From positions 1-60,689 of IMG/VR virus record IMGVR_UViG_3300004173_000066: a stretch of 60,689 nt of DNA. One strand, given 5' to 3'. Of this stretch, positions 1-9,183 are shown piece by piece (the stretch's first letter is position 1; each line of letters starts with the position of its first letter). The position numbers and the translations under genes are program-made. Source of the DNA: a virus. Taxonomy: Duplodnaviria > Caudoviricetes. Under the pieces are notes generated by a model. It was not told the DNA's origin. It did not search any database and saw only the letters and a list, made by a program, of their open reading frames with translations.

Positions 1-336
1 CACCGCGTAGACCAGCTTGGTGCCCGCGAGGTCGATCACCTTCGGGCCGTCGATGATCTCGCGGGTGACGCGATGCATCGCCGCGAGCTGGTCGGTCGCC
101 CCGCGCGTTGCGTAGAGGATCTCCTTGCCGTTGAGCCGCAGGAAGGCGAAGGGCTGCGCGTGGGGGTTGAGCCCGAGGCCCTCGCACATCTGCGTGTAGA
201 ACGCGGCGCGCTCGGCCGGCCCCAGGCCCGAGAGGTCCCCGCGCAGCACGATGGAGTCGAGCGCACGGGCGCCCGTGCGGGCGTCGAGGTCGTAGGTGGC
301 GCGCTCAGCGCTGGAGGGCGTCGGAGGGGCGCTCAC
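1..336 (-). CDS. Phage single-strand annealing/recombinase-like protein, N-terminal part (runs off window)
   Basis: Not in the ORF track. Manual translation from GTG at 336 gives MSAPP...VLRGDLSGLGPAERAAFYTQMCEGLGLNPHAQPFAFLRLNGKEILYATRGATDQL, resembling Bet/RecT-like phage proteins. GTGA overlap with the upstream stop. Confidence 0.6.
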   Translation of the reverse strand, partial: MSAPPTPSSAERATYDLDARTGARALDSIVLRGDLSGLGPAERAAFYTQMCEGLGLNPHAQPFAFLRLNGKEILYATRGATDQLAAMHRVTREIIDGPKVIDLAGTKLVYAV

Positions 337-635
337 GAGCAGGCTCCCGGCGCGGCGGCCATCTCGACGAGCGCGACGTCCTCATCGCCGTCGGTCTCCG
401 GTGCGTAGAGCGAGCGGTACCCGGCGAGGACGGCCTCGTCGTTCCGGGCGCCCCAGGCGCGCACCATCGCAACGGTGACTCGGTCGGCGCCGCGCCGGAG
501 CAGCTCCTGCTCGATGACTCCCGCGAGCTCGCGAAGGTTCGTGTCGACGATCGCGGCGGCGGCGAGGTGACCGTCCCGGCGAAGGTCGTCGGCGAGCTGC
601 GCGAGGGCCTCGCCCTCGGTCGTGGGGGCCTTCAC
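333..635 (-). CDS. Hypothetical early protein
   Basis: ORF coupled to both neighbours by 4-bp overlaps. Confidence 0.6.
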   Translation of the reverse strand: MKAPTTEGEALAQLADDLRRDGHLAAAAIVDTNLRELAGVIEQELLRRGADRVTVAMVRAWGARNDEAVLAGYRSLYAPETDGDEDVALVEMAAAPGACS

Positions 636-814
636 GACGCGGCTCCGATCTCGTCGGCGACGCGGGCGACCTCGGTGGACGGGACGCCGGCGGCGCGGCC
701 GAGGCGCTTCACCGTGCGCCGGAGCACCGGACGGCCGCCCTCGGCCGCCATCACGAAGAGGTTCTGCCAGTCGGCCCGGGCCTCCGCGGCGTAGAGCGTG
801 CGGCGGGGGCTCAC
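632..814 (-). CDS. Hypothetical early protein (60 aa)
   Basis: GTG at 814 overlaps the stop of 811..1341; corresponds to the C-terminal part of track ORF 632..1408. Confidence 0.55.
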   Translation of the reverse strand: MSPRRTLYAAEARADWQNLFVMAAEGGRPVLRRTVKRLGRAAGVPSTEVARVADEIGAAS

Positions 815-1341
815 GCGGCCCTCACAGCGGCGGGGGCCGCGGTGGTGCGGACGGTCGGGGCGTACACCGCGGCGAGCGCCGGGTGCGCGGCGAGGCAGTC
901 GGGGCAGACCCAGACGTCGTCCGAGCGAACGGCGCCGTCGGCGAGGGCCAGCGTCTCCCCGACGGGTCCGGGGAGCATGGTGATGGGCTCCGCGCAGCGC
1001 TCGCAGGTGGGCGCGTCCTGCCGGGCGGAGACGGCCGCGAGCCAGGCCTCGGGGGCCACGCCGTCGAGGGTGGCGAGGCGGGCGACCGCGCGGTCCGCGT
1101 CGGAGGCGGCCATCGCGTGGCAGGCGTCCATCGCGGCGAGGGTCGCGGGGTGCTCGTGCGGGGCGGCGAGGGGCAGGTAGAGGCGGAAGAGCTCGGCGGC
1201 GGTCAGCCAGGCGAGCGTCGCTTCGCGGAGCTGCGAGGCGGTCTCGGGCAGCGCGAAGGCCGCGAGGGTCAGGGCCAGGGAGAAGCGGACCAGGTCCGCG
1301 GCGTCGAAGAGCGGGGTGTTGTTGGGGGTGCGGTCGTCCAT
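811..1341 (-). CDS. Hypothetical protein with Zn-ribbon (CERC...CPDC); first gene of the leftward operon
   Basis: GGAGG RBS before the ATG; two CxxC pairs. Confidence 0.7.
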   Translation of the reverse strand: MDDRTPNNTPLFDAADLVRFSLALTLAAFALPETASQLREATLAWLTAAELFRLYLPLAAPHEHPATLAAMDACHAMAASDADRAVARLATLDGVAPEAWLAAVSARQDAPTCERCAEPITMLPGPVGETLALADGAVRSDDVWVCPDCLAAHPALAAVYAPTVRTTAAPAAVRAA

Positions 1342-1374
1342 GAGTCCTCCGTAGTCGGCTAGTCACCGAGCCGA

Positions 1375-1409
1375 CTAGCAGGATGGACGCGGCCAGTTGA
1401 CTAGTCAAC
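1375..1409 (-). promoter_or_regulatory. Leftward early promoter/operator (PL-like)
   Basis: TTGACT-17bp-CATCCT on the minus strand, overlapping the perfect palindrome GTTGACTAGTCAAC (1396-1409). Near-identical inverted copy at 2061-2094. Confidence 0.7.
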
Positions 1410-1476
1410 AGGGGCGAGTGTTTTTCTCGCCGGGGCCGATAGGACCGGACGTGCAGGGCTGCGATGTCCGCTGGGT

Positions 1477-2004
1477 CTACGCGGTCTTCTTGGCGACGCC
1501 GGACTCGACCTGCACGTCTCGCGATTCGTGCGGGGCGAGCTGCGCTGCGTCCGCGGCGAAGAGCCGGGCCAGGGTCTCTGAGGCGATCCGCGCGCCTGCC
1601 ATGTCACCTGCGCGGCTGAGTTCGCCCACGGCCTTCGAGAGGGAGTCGATCAGGTCCTGGCGAGCCGCGCTGATGCGCGGGGGCTGGATCGTCGGGGTTG
1701 TCGATGGCTTTGTTGATCGCGCGGGGGAGCCGCCGCTCCGAGGGTTCTCGGCCGCGGTCTGATCATCCGTGGGCGGAGGGGTCCACGGGTCGTCGATGGT
1801 CCCGATGCCTCGCTGTATCCAAAGGGCCGACACATTCGCGGCCTTCGCGATCTTCTCGATCGTGGACGCTTTCGGCTCTCCCTCGGGATGCCCGACGATC
1901 CAGTCGATGGCGCTGGGCGAGAGGCCGCACTTTCGAGCCGCCTCGCGCTGCTTCCAACCCATGCGGTCGAGCACCTCCTGAATCCTGCTGGCTACCGAGC
2001 CCAC
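1477..2004 (-). CDS. CI-like XRE HTH repressor
   Basis: SRIQEVLDRMGWKQREAARKCGLSPSAI...EPKASTIEKIAKAANVSALWI; divergent from the Cro-like gene; start uncertain (2004 or upstream). Confidence 0.8.
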   Translation of the reverse strand: MGSVASRIQEVLDRMGWKQREAARKCGLSPSAIDWIVGHPEGEPKASTIEKIAKAANVSALWIQRGIGTIDDPWTPPPTDDQTAAENPRSGGSPARSTKPSTTPTIQPPRISAARQDLIDSLSKAVGELSRAGDMAGARIASETLARLFAADAAQLAPHESRDVQVESGVAKKTA

Positions 2005-2060
2005 GGCCGGAGGGTAACCGGGTTGACTAGCCGCATCGACGCTCAAACAGAACCCCACTC

Positions 2061-2094
2061 TTGACTAGTAAACTGGCCGCGTCCAATCTGCTGG
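2061..2094 (+). promoter_or_regulatory. Rightward early promoter/operator (PR-like)
   Basis: TTGACT-17bp-CAATCT ending 7 nt before ATG 2097; overlapping TTGACTAGTAAA operator-like site. Confidence 0.7.
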
Positions 2095-2096
2095 CC

Positions 2097-2447
2097 ATGC
2101 GCACCCCCGGCGAACGACTGAAGTGGGCCCTGTTCGAGGTTGGCGGCCTCTCGCTGCGGAGGTGCGACGCGCTCGTCGGCAAGACGCCCGGGCACCTCCA
2201 GGCGATCGCCTCCGGGACCATCCGGGAGCCGCGCGCGAGCACGCTCGCGAAGTACGCGACGCTCGGGAGCCTGAGCCTGGAGTGGGTGTTGACGGGTCGC
2301 GGGGACGCTCCGAGCGAGGAGCAGATCCGGCAGAGCATCGCCGGCGCCAAGGCCCCGAAGAAGCGAGGTGCGCGCAAGCCGCCCGTGCGAGGCCCCGGCG
2401 CACGCCGCGCCGCGCCCGCGACACCTGAGCAGCTCGCAACTGGTTGA
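2097..2447 (+). CDS. Cro-like XRE HTH regulator
   Basis: GERLKWAL...LSLRRCDALVG...EPRASTLAKYA...SLEWVLTGRG. Confidence 0.8.
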   Translation: MRTPGERLKWALFEVGGLSLRRCDALVGKTPGHLQAIASGTIREPRASTLAKYATLGSLSLEWVLTGRGDAPSEEQIRQSIAGAKAPKKRGARKPPVRGPGARRAAPATPEQLATG

Positions 2448-2567
2448 GCGTCGACCTATGGGGACCACGTCGCGCTTCTACCGCCCAGAGCTCCCTCCCG
2501 CGAGATTGGCGCAGCCCGCGCGGCGCGGGCTCGAGCCGAGCGCCCACCCTCCGGCGGAGGCGCGTCC

Positions 2568-2804
2568 ATGATCGACCCCTCGCTCGTCCAACTCGCCGAC
2601 GGCCCGCACCGCACCTACGCCCGCCGCACCGGGGAGGCTCGCGGCAGGGTCACTGTCGAGCTGTGCGGCGACCGAGAGCTGGTGTTCGACGCGACGACAG
2701 GGCGCCTGGTCACCCCGCGCGGCCACCGTCCGCCCTATCGGCTGGTGATCGGGGATCGCCTCGTCGAGACGGCCCCGGCGCCCGAGGAGCTCGCCGCGCC
2801 ATGA
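2568..2804 (+). CDS. Hypothetical protein
   Basis: GGAGG RBS; coupled to the next gene. Confidence 0.6.
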   Translation: MIDPSLVQLADGPHRTYARRTGEARGRVTVELCGDRELVFDATTGRLVTPRGHRPPYRLVIGDRLVETAPAPEELAAP

Positions 2805-3079
2805 GCTTCTTCACCCGCACCCTGCGCCCGCTCCGCGGCTCCGTGCGTGTTCGCCTCGAGGGCGCCGCCGCGCCGCCAGCACCCGTCGCCGCCCCACCGC
2901 CCGCGTCCCGCTCCGGCATCACCCGCACGCCGCACCGCCGCGTCGCCTTGGACGCCGCGGCGCAGATCCGCGCCACCGATGCGCCCGACCCACGGCCGCG
3001 CTGCGCCGAGAAGTGGTGCCGCCAACACGTCGCGGGCGTCGGCCAGCGCTGCGAGGCCCACCAGGACGATGTGCCATGA
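2801..3079 (+). CDS. Hypothetical protein with C-terminal Cys/His Zn motif
   Basis: ATGA overlaps; CAEKWC...CEAH. Confidence 0.5.
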   Translation: MSFFTRTLRPLRGSVRVRLEGAAAPPAPVAAPPPASRSGITRTPHRRVALDAAAQIRATDAPDPRPRCAEKWCRQHVAGVGQRCEAHQDDVP

Positions 3080-3345
3080 GCGCAGCGCGCCAGCTCCCGC
3101 TGCTCGACGTGGACGTTCCGGCCCCGGCCCCGGTCGAGCTCGACGACGACGCGCCGCGGATCACGGCGGAGGAGCTCGCCACCTTCGAGGCCTGGCGCCG
3201 CGCCCACCCGCCCGCGCCCTCGATGGCGCACACCGAGCACGCCGAGTGGATGGCCTTCCAGGCCGCGCGCCTGCTCACCGCGCTGCGCGCAGCCCCTGCT
3301 ACCGGGGGTGCTCCCCCCGCGACTTCGACGGAGCGTGACCCGTGA
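3076..3345 (+). CDS. Hypothetical protein
   Basis: ATGA/GTGA overlaps with neighbours. Confidence 0.55.
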   Translation: MSAARQLPLLDVDVPAPAPVELDDDAPRITAEELATFEAWRRAHPPAPSMAHTEHAEWMAFQAARLLTALRAAPATGGAPPATSTERDP

Positions 3346-4529
3346 ACTTCCACCCTCCCGTACGCCTCGCGCGCAGCGCAGAGTTCCTCGCCCTGGACTG
3401 TATGCAGCGCCACATCTTCCGGCCGCTCTGGGTGCGCGGGGAGGAGCGGCGCTGGCCGACGGACCGCACCGCCACGGCCGACGACCGGCTCTTCTGGGAG
3501 CTCGAGGCGATTGGCGTCCTCGTAGGCCCCGGCGCGCGCGCGGTCTTCGAACTCGCGCTCGGGGCCTTCCTCCGGTCGGGCGCGATGCAGCGCGACGTGG
3601 AGGACCTGGTGCTCCCCATCCTCTCCGGGGACACCGCGAAGGAGCAGCCCGCGGCGGCCACCCTCCGCAAGCGCCGCCAGCGCGAGCGGGAGCGGGCGAA
3701 GGGCGGGGGCGGATCGAGCGGAGGGGGAGGGGGGGAGGGGGACGAGGTGGCGCGTGACATGGGGCGTGACATCCATCCGATGTCACGCGGCGAGGTCACG
3801 CCCCTCGACCGGGACCTGGGGCGTGACCGTCCTGTGGACTCGGGGCGTGACGTCACGCCGCCGCCCGCATCTCCGGAGAGAAGAGAGGAGAGAACCTTCT
3901 CCTCTTCTCTTTCCGAGAATCCGAGCGTCTCGGACGAATCTCAGGTGACAGACACCGCGCGCGTGCCCGAGGGCGCACCGACGGCGCCGGTCACGCGTCC
4001 TGTCACGCCCCAGGTCACGCTCTCGACGCTCACCGAGGAGGAGGTGTTCGGGGTCCTCGAGCGCGACGCCGGCGGCCGCATCGGGTTGCACCCGCGGTCG
4101 CTCCGGCCCCGGCTGCTCGCGCGCCTCGCCGAGGAGGGGGTCACGCGCGAGCAGCTCGCGGTGATGGCGCGCCTCGCCCGCGAGCGCACGCTCTACCTCC
4201 AGGACAAGCACGCGGTGATCGACCTGGCGCTCCTGGTCGGCACGCGCGACGGCGAGGCGAAGGTCCTGGGCTCGTGGATCAACGCCACGCACCGGGCCAT
4301 CGCCCGAGCGCGGGAGGACACCGAGCGCGAGGCCCAGCGGCGGCGAGACCTCGCGCCGAGGTCTGTCGACTTACCGTGGCCTGTAAAGATCCAGGGGCCA
4401 CCGCCGCTCGCCCAGGCGGCGCAGGGCGGCGCCGGGCCGCGGGTGCCGTACCTCGCGCAACGGCGCCCCGCCGTACCCGGCGGCAGCGAGCTGCAGGTGG
4501 TGCCGTTGGGCGAGCCCGAGGGGACCTAA
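3342..4529 (+). CDS. Putative phage replication initiator (lambda O-like architecture)
   Basis: Position after cro; basic RKRRQRERER segment followed by a low-complexity linker encoded by iteron-like repeats. Confidence 0.6.
   Translation: MNFHPPVRLARSAEFLALDCMQRHIFRPLWVRGEERRWPTDRTATADDRLFWELEAIGVLVGPGARAVFELALGAFLRSGAMQRDVEDLVLPILSGDTAKEQPAAATLRKRRQRERERAKGGGGSSGGGGGEGDEVARDMGRDIHPMSRGEVTPLDRDLGRDRPVDSGRDVTPPPASPERREERTFSSSLSENPSVSDESQVTDTARVPEGAPTAPVTRPVTPQVTLSTLTEEEVFGVLERDAGGRIGLHPRSLRPRLLARLAEEGVTREQLAVMARLARERTLYLQDKHAVIDLALLVGTRDGEAKVLGSWINATHRAIARAREDTEREAQRRRDLAPRSVDLPWPVKIQGPPPLAQAAQGGAGPRVPYLAQRRPAVPGGSELQVVPLGEPEGT
3753..4020. repeat. Iteron cluster / putative replication origin
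   Basis: About 10 CGTGAC/GTCACG hexamers (3753, 3765, 3782, 3795, 3822, 3846/3852, 3990, 4002, 4014), several at 12-bp spacing, flanking a purine-then-pyrimidine tract at about 3876-3914. Confidence 0.6.
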
Positions 4530-4630
4530 TGAACGCCAATCGGTCACTTCCGGTTTTGCCAACAGCCGCGAGGTGGGTATACGGTCCGCTTCCAGTCGCT
4601 GCGCCTGGTCGCGCGCGCTGGAGAATCCCA

Positions 4631-5428
4631 ATGAACGAAGGTATTTTCGACGACAAGCCTTCTCCCGTCCCGCCGTCCGAGCCGCCCCGCTCCGAAGGGC
4701 CTGGGTGGCCTCTCTGCGTCGAGCGGCAGGTGGCCGTTCGGGACAACGGACCGGCGTTGGCCGCGCTCGGCCTCGATGAGGCGGAGATCCACGACTGGGT
4801 ACGCCGCGGTGAGCTGCGCCGGGACACCAGCTCGCCGCACTACCCGCGGTGGCACCGGTTCCAGTTAGCGCCGGCCGAGACGATCAGGTGCATGCGCGAC
4901 ACGCTGGTCGGTCGGGGCTGGACCTCATGTGACCTCTACTCGGTCGCGGCGGTTGTCGCACCCGCAGGTGCCTTTGCGCTCTTGGTGTGTACGGGCGACA
5001 AGAACACTGGCAACCCCGGCCTGTTCGGGCGCAACCGATACAAGCGGGGCGAGGATTCGCGCGCGGCCTTCGAGTTGCGCCAACTGCAACTCCCGATGGA
5101 CCTGGACCCGGACGAGGAAGTCGACGGCGGGGAAGCTTTCGACACGATTCCCACGCTCCCGGAGGACGAGCCGCTCAAGGACTTCTGGGTCCTGCTGCGC
5201 CGCCGGGAGGGTCGGACTGTGCATCTGGACCTGATCAAGGTGCAGGCCGGCGACCTCAGCGGCTCCGGATACATCGAGAAGTCGCGCATGCGCATCCTGC
5301 TCCGCTCCGTCGACCTCGACGTGGCGCTGCTCGAGCCCGTCGCGACCCCCGACGCCATCGACGTGCCCGTCGAGCCGCATCAGCCGCCGGGGCCGCTCGC
5401 GGGCGACGTCGCCGACGAGGAGAAGTAG
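4631..5428 (+). CDS. Putative toxin partner of the XRE/ImmA gene (RmrT-like)
   Basis: Directly upstream of an HTH-Zn peptidase; FWVLL...G.I....RILL C-terminal pattern typical of COG2856 partners; locally lower GC. Confidence 0.55.
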   Translation: MNEGIFDDKPSPVPPSEPPRSEGPGWPLCVERQVAVRDNGPALAALGLDEAEIHDWVRRGELRRDTSSPHYPRWHRFQLAPAETIRCMRDTLVGRGWTSCDLYSVAAVVAPAGAFALLVCTGDKNTGNPGLFGRNRYKRGEDSRAAFELRQLQLPMDLDPDEEVDGGEAFDTIPTLPEDEPLKDFWVLLRRREGRTVHLDLIKVQAGDLSGSGYIEKSRMRILLRSVDLDVALLEPVATPDAIDVPVEPHQPPGPLAGDVADEEK

Positions 5429-5439
5429 AGCGAACAGCC

Positions 5440-6594
5440 ATGGAAGGGTTCACGCCGACACGCCTTGTCCTCGCGCGCATGCGCCGCGGGCTCCGTCAGC
5501 AGGAGCTCGCGGAGCGTTGCGGCGTCGACCCGCGCTCGGTCCGGGCGTGGGAGAAAGGTGAGTGGGAGCCCGACGAGGAGTCGCTCCGGGCCCTCGCGCG
5601 GGTCTTACGCTTCCCTCTCTCCTTCTTCAGCGCGCCCTCGCTCGAACCCCTCGACCTGGAGACTGCGAGCTTCCGGTCCCTCACGACTATGCGCGCGGCC
5701 CAGCGCGACGCGGTGCATGCCGCGGGGACGTTCACGATCCCGTTGAACGACTGGATCGAGTCGAGGTTCCGACTGCCTGCCGTCGACGTGCCGCACCTGC
5801 GCGACCACTTGCCGGAGCTCGCGGCGACGGCGCTGCGCGGACTGTGGAATCTGGGTCAGGGCCCCGCGCCCAACATGGTGCACCTGCTCGAGCTCCACGG
5901 GGTGCGCGTCTTCTCGGCGGTCGAGCAGGCCCGGGAGTTCGACGCGTTCTCCTTCTGGCACGATGGCAAGCCGTTTGTAATGCTCAACACCACCAAGAGC
6001 GGCGAGCGAGGCCGCTTCGATGCGGCGCACGAGCTGGGGCACCTGGTACTGCACCGCGACGGTGGCGTGCGCAGCCCCGAGTCGGAGCAGCAGGCCGACC
6101 GCTTCGCCTCGGCATTCCTCATGCCTCAAGAGGGCCTGCTCGCGAAGAAGCCGCGCGCATTCACGACGCCCACCATCCTCGCGCTCAAGGTGCAGTGGCA
6201 GGTCTCGGCAATCGCGATGGCCTACCGCCTCGCTCACCTCGGCGCTGTCACCGACTGGCACTACCGCGAGCTGATGATCGACTTTCAGCGCCGCGGCTGG
6301 CGGTCGCTGGAGCCGCATCCGATGCGGCGCGAGACCTCGCAGATCCTGGGCAAGGTCTTCGGCCCGCTTCAGAAGACCGGCGACAGCCCGAGCGCTGCCG
6401 CGCGCTCGCTGCACCTTCCTCCCGATGAGGTTCAGCGAATGATTTTCGGCCTCGTGCTGGCGGATCCCGTCCCAGACACGGCAGGCGTACCGCGTGCCCC
6501 GAGTGCGCCCGTGCTGAAGCGCCCGAAGCTGCAACTGGTCGGCGGGACGTCGGTCCTGACGTCGGCGAAGGACCGCGGCGGCAAGGCCATGTAG
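5440..6594 (+). CDS. XRE HTH + ImmA/IrrE (M78) Zn-metallopeptidase (RmrA-like)
   Basis: N-terminal RLVLARMRRGLRQQELAE HTH; RFDAAHELGHLVLH...EQQADRFASAFLMP. Confidence 0.92.
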   Translation: MEGFTPTRLVLARMRRGLRQQELAERCGVDPRSVRAWEKGEWEPDEESLRALARVLRFPLSFFSAPSLEPLDLETASFRSLTTMRAAQRDAVHAAGTFTIPLNDWIESRFRLPAVDVPHLRDHLPELAATALRGLWNLGQGPAPNMVHLLELHGVRVFSAVEQAREFDAFSFWHDGKPFVMLNTTKSGERGRFDAAHELGHLVLHRDGGVRSPESEQQADRFASAFLMPQEGLLAKKPRAFTTPTILALKVQWQVSAIAMAYRLAHLGAVTDWHYRELMIDFQRRGWRSLEPHPMRRETSQILGKVFGPLQKTGDSPSAAARSLHLPPDEVQRMIFGLVLADPVPDTAGVPRAPSAPVLKRPKLQLVGGTSVLTSAKDRGGKAM

Positions 6595-6942
6595 AACGCT
6601 GCGATGACCCCGCCGCGGCGACGCACGGCGTCCCTTCGACAGGCGCCGCTCTCCCTCGTCACGCTCGCCATTCAACTCGCCCTGGACGAACTTCACGCGG
6701 AGCGCGACGTGCGGCCGCACCCGGGGCCTGTGCGATGCGACGTCGACCGGCGCCGACGCCTCCATCGCCTCGCGGGTACTGGGTGAGCGATCTCCTCGGA
6801 TCGCTCTCGCGCAACGGGTCGCTCGCCGTCGGGCTCGTTGCGGCGGCGTGGCGTCGGCTCGCGCAACGCCAGGGCGTAGCCTGACCGACCCGCGTCAGCG
6901 CCCCTGTCGCACGGGACGTTGACGCGCGTACAATCGCGCCCC

Positions 6943-7581
6943 ATGGCGGACGACTTGTTACCCAGCACGGTAAGCACCGGCGGCGTGGACCCCGCGGAGA
7001 GCGCGCGCGCCGGGCGCCTCACAGACGCCTCGCTCGGGCGCCTCGCCGCCGCGCTGGCGCCGCTCGCCGCGATGAACACCGCCGCGGGCGCGCGCTCGCT
7101 CTTCCGCGATCCGCGCGAGCTCGTCACGCACGGCGCACCGCCCGAGGAGACGCCGCTCGAGCGCGGGTGCGACTCGGGGGTGATCCGCGAGGCGCGGCGT
7201 GTCTGGCAGCGCTGGCTCGTGCTCCCGGCGGAGATCCGCGCGACGCTCCTGTGGGTGGCCGAGCGGTCCGGCGCCGTCGTGCAGGTGGGGGCCTGGTCGC
7301 TCGCGATCGGCGAGGCGCTGGGGCCCGCCGACGCCCGCGAGCTGGCCGTCACCTCGGCCGAGCGCGCCGAGGTCGCCGAGCGCCTGAAGGGGCGGCTCCA
7401 GAAGGACGCCCGGGGCGGCCTCACGCGCGAGCAGGCGCAGGAGCTCGACCGCGTCACGCAGCGCGAGGCCAGGGCGCGCGCGGCGCACAAGCTCGCCGCG
7501 GGGCGCCTCCGGGCGTGGGGCGAGGGCGCGCTCGAGGCGGCCGTTGTCGCCTGGAACGACAATCGCTACGACGCGGCTTGA
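6943..7581 (+). CDS. Hypothetical protein
   Basis: Long ORF with typical codon bias; TACAAT shortly upstream of the ATG. Confidence 0.6.
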   Translation: MADDLLPSTVSTGGVDPAESARAGRLTDASLGRLAAALAPLAAMNTAAGARSLFRDPRELVTHGAPPEETPLERGCDSGVIREARRVWQRWLVLPAEIRATLLWVAERSGAVVQVGAWSLAIGEALGPADARELAVTSAERAEVAERLKGRLQKDARGGLTREQAQELDRVTQREARARAAHKLAAGRLRAWGEGALEAAVVAWNDNRYDAA

Positions 7582-7655
7582 CCCCGAACCATTTTCTCAA
7601 TCAGGGTCATTTCCGTCGGCAGAGGTGCGCCCGGAGCGCCGTCGACGGGGGTCCG

Positions 7656-7874
7656 ATGGCGCACGAACGACTCGACGCGAAGGCGTACGCGGCTCGCACG
7701 GGCCGCAGCCTCGCGTCCACCTACCGCGACTTCGAGCGGCTGCTCGCCCAGCAGTCCAACCCGCGCGTGCTGCGCATCGTCCGCGAGGCCGTGGCGATCG
7801 GGAGCAACGCCGTCCGCGAGCGCCTGGTGGTGCTCTGGCCGGTGGGCCCCGAGACCGCCAACGACGACCGCTAG
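7656..7874 (+). CDS. Small HTH-like DNA-binding protein
   Basis: LDAKAYAARTGRSLASTYRDF. Confidence 0.55.
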   Translation: MAHERLDAKAYAARTGRSLASTYRDFERLLAQQSNPRVLRIVREAVAIGSNAVRERLVVLWPVGPETANDDR

Positions 7875-7885
7875 AGAGGTCTCTC

Positions 7886-8191
7886 ATGGACATCAAGAAG
7901 GTCATTGCGAAGCTCCCCACGGGCTACGCCGAAGACGCGGCCGGGATGAGCGGCGACCAGCTCCGCGCGGAGGTGATGCGCGCCGAGACCTCGCTCCGGT
8001 GGATCGGCCAGGAAATGAAGGCCGACGAGAAGCTCACGAGCGCCCGCGAGCTGGTGAAGGACCTCTCGGCCAGCTACCTCGAGGCCAAGAAGGCCCAGCG
8101 CGCCAAGATCGACTACGCGCTGCACGTGCTCGAGGAGCGCGGCGAGCTCGGCGTGGGCGCCCACGCGCCCGACGACCCCGCCTCTCCCTGA
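7886..8191 (+). CDS. Hypothetical coiled-coil protein
   Basis: GAGG RBS; MDIKKVIAKL...; helical. Confidence 0.65.
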   Translation: MDIKKVIAKLPTGYAEDAAGMSGDQLRAEVMRAETSLRWIGQEMKADEKLTSARELVKDLSASYLEAKKAQRAKIDYALHVLEERGELGVGAHAPDDPASP

Positions 8192-8336
8192 CCCGCTCCC
8201 CCTTCGACCGATCAGACCTCCGCACGACCCCCGGTGACCCTGCTGCTCCTGCGGTTTCGCGGGGCCGGCGGCAGGAACCGCGGCGCCCTCGTGCACGTGC
8301 TGAGGTCTGGTCGGTCGGGGCCCCCGAGGACCCATC

Positions 8337-8996
8337 ATGGCGCGCAGACGTACGGCCGAGCAGCTCACCCTCCCCGGCGCCACGCCGGGCTGCCCTCCGG
8401 ACCCTAGTCTCGACGCCGTGCTCGGGGGCTCCGTCCGTACCGCAACAGGAACTCTCCCAGCGCCCGGTGACCCGGGCGTGCGGGAGCGGGCGGGACGCGC
8501 GGCGAAGCGCCACGGCGACGCCCTGGAGGCCTGGATGCGCGCGCAGCTCGCCGCGGCGGTGCTCGCCCTGCGCTTGGTGTGGTGGACGAAGATCGAGGCG
8601 CCCGTGGCCCACAAGCGCGTCCGCGAGGGCGACGGCTGGGGGTGGAAGCTGGTCTGGGGCGCGAAGGCCTCGGCCGACTTCGTCGGGTGCGCGGTCGACG
8701 GCCGGTGCCTCGCCATCGAGTGCAAGAGCACCGAGGACGGTCGCCTCCCGCGCGCCGACATCCAGCCCCAGCAGGCGGCGCAGCTCGACGCCGTCGCCGA
8801 CGCCGGCGGCGTGTCGTTGCTCGCGGTGGAGTTCCGGCATCCCGGCCGCGACGCCTGGGGCGCGCGGCAGTACCTGATCCCCTGGCGGCGCGTCCCCTGG
8901 ACCATCGCCCGCTCGGCGATGGGCCTCGACGAGGCGGACGCCGCCCCGTGGCGGGTGGCCGGCGGCGCGCTCTTCGACCGGCTGCGGGAGCGGTGA
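8337..8996 (+). CDS. RecU-like Holliday junction resolvase (PD-(D/E)xK)
   Basis: ADFVG...LAIECKST...IQPQQAAQL motif. Confidence 0.75.
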   Translation: MARRRTAEQLTLPGATPGCPPDPSLDAVLGGSVRTATGTLPAPGDPGVRERAGRAAKRHGDALEAWMRAQLAAAVLALRLVWWTKIEAPVAHKRVREGDGWGWKLVWGAKASADFVGCAVDGRCLAIECKSTEDGRLPRADIQPQQAAQLDAVADAGGVSLLAVEFRHPGRDAWGARQYLIPWRRVPWTIARSAMGLDEADAAPWRVAGGALFDRLRER

Positions 8997-9183
8997 CCTC
9001 GACCCCGACGATTGCTGGGTTGTCATCACAAGCTGATGGGGCAATTCGGACAACGTATTGTGGCGTCACGCAACGGCGCCGCGACTCGCCTTCACCCACT
9101 GAGTTTCTCGGGGTCGTCTGGCGTCACGACGAGGGCTCGTCCTGTGACTCCACGGCGCCCGATGGTCGACGCACGCTGAGGTC

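Noticed and set aside
6546-6563. GACGTC pair (also 40028/40040) as additional arrays
   Set aside because: Spacing is 12 bp and in codon phase, so probably a coding coincidence.
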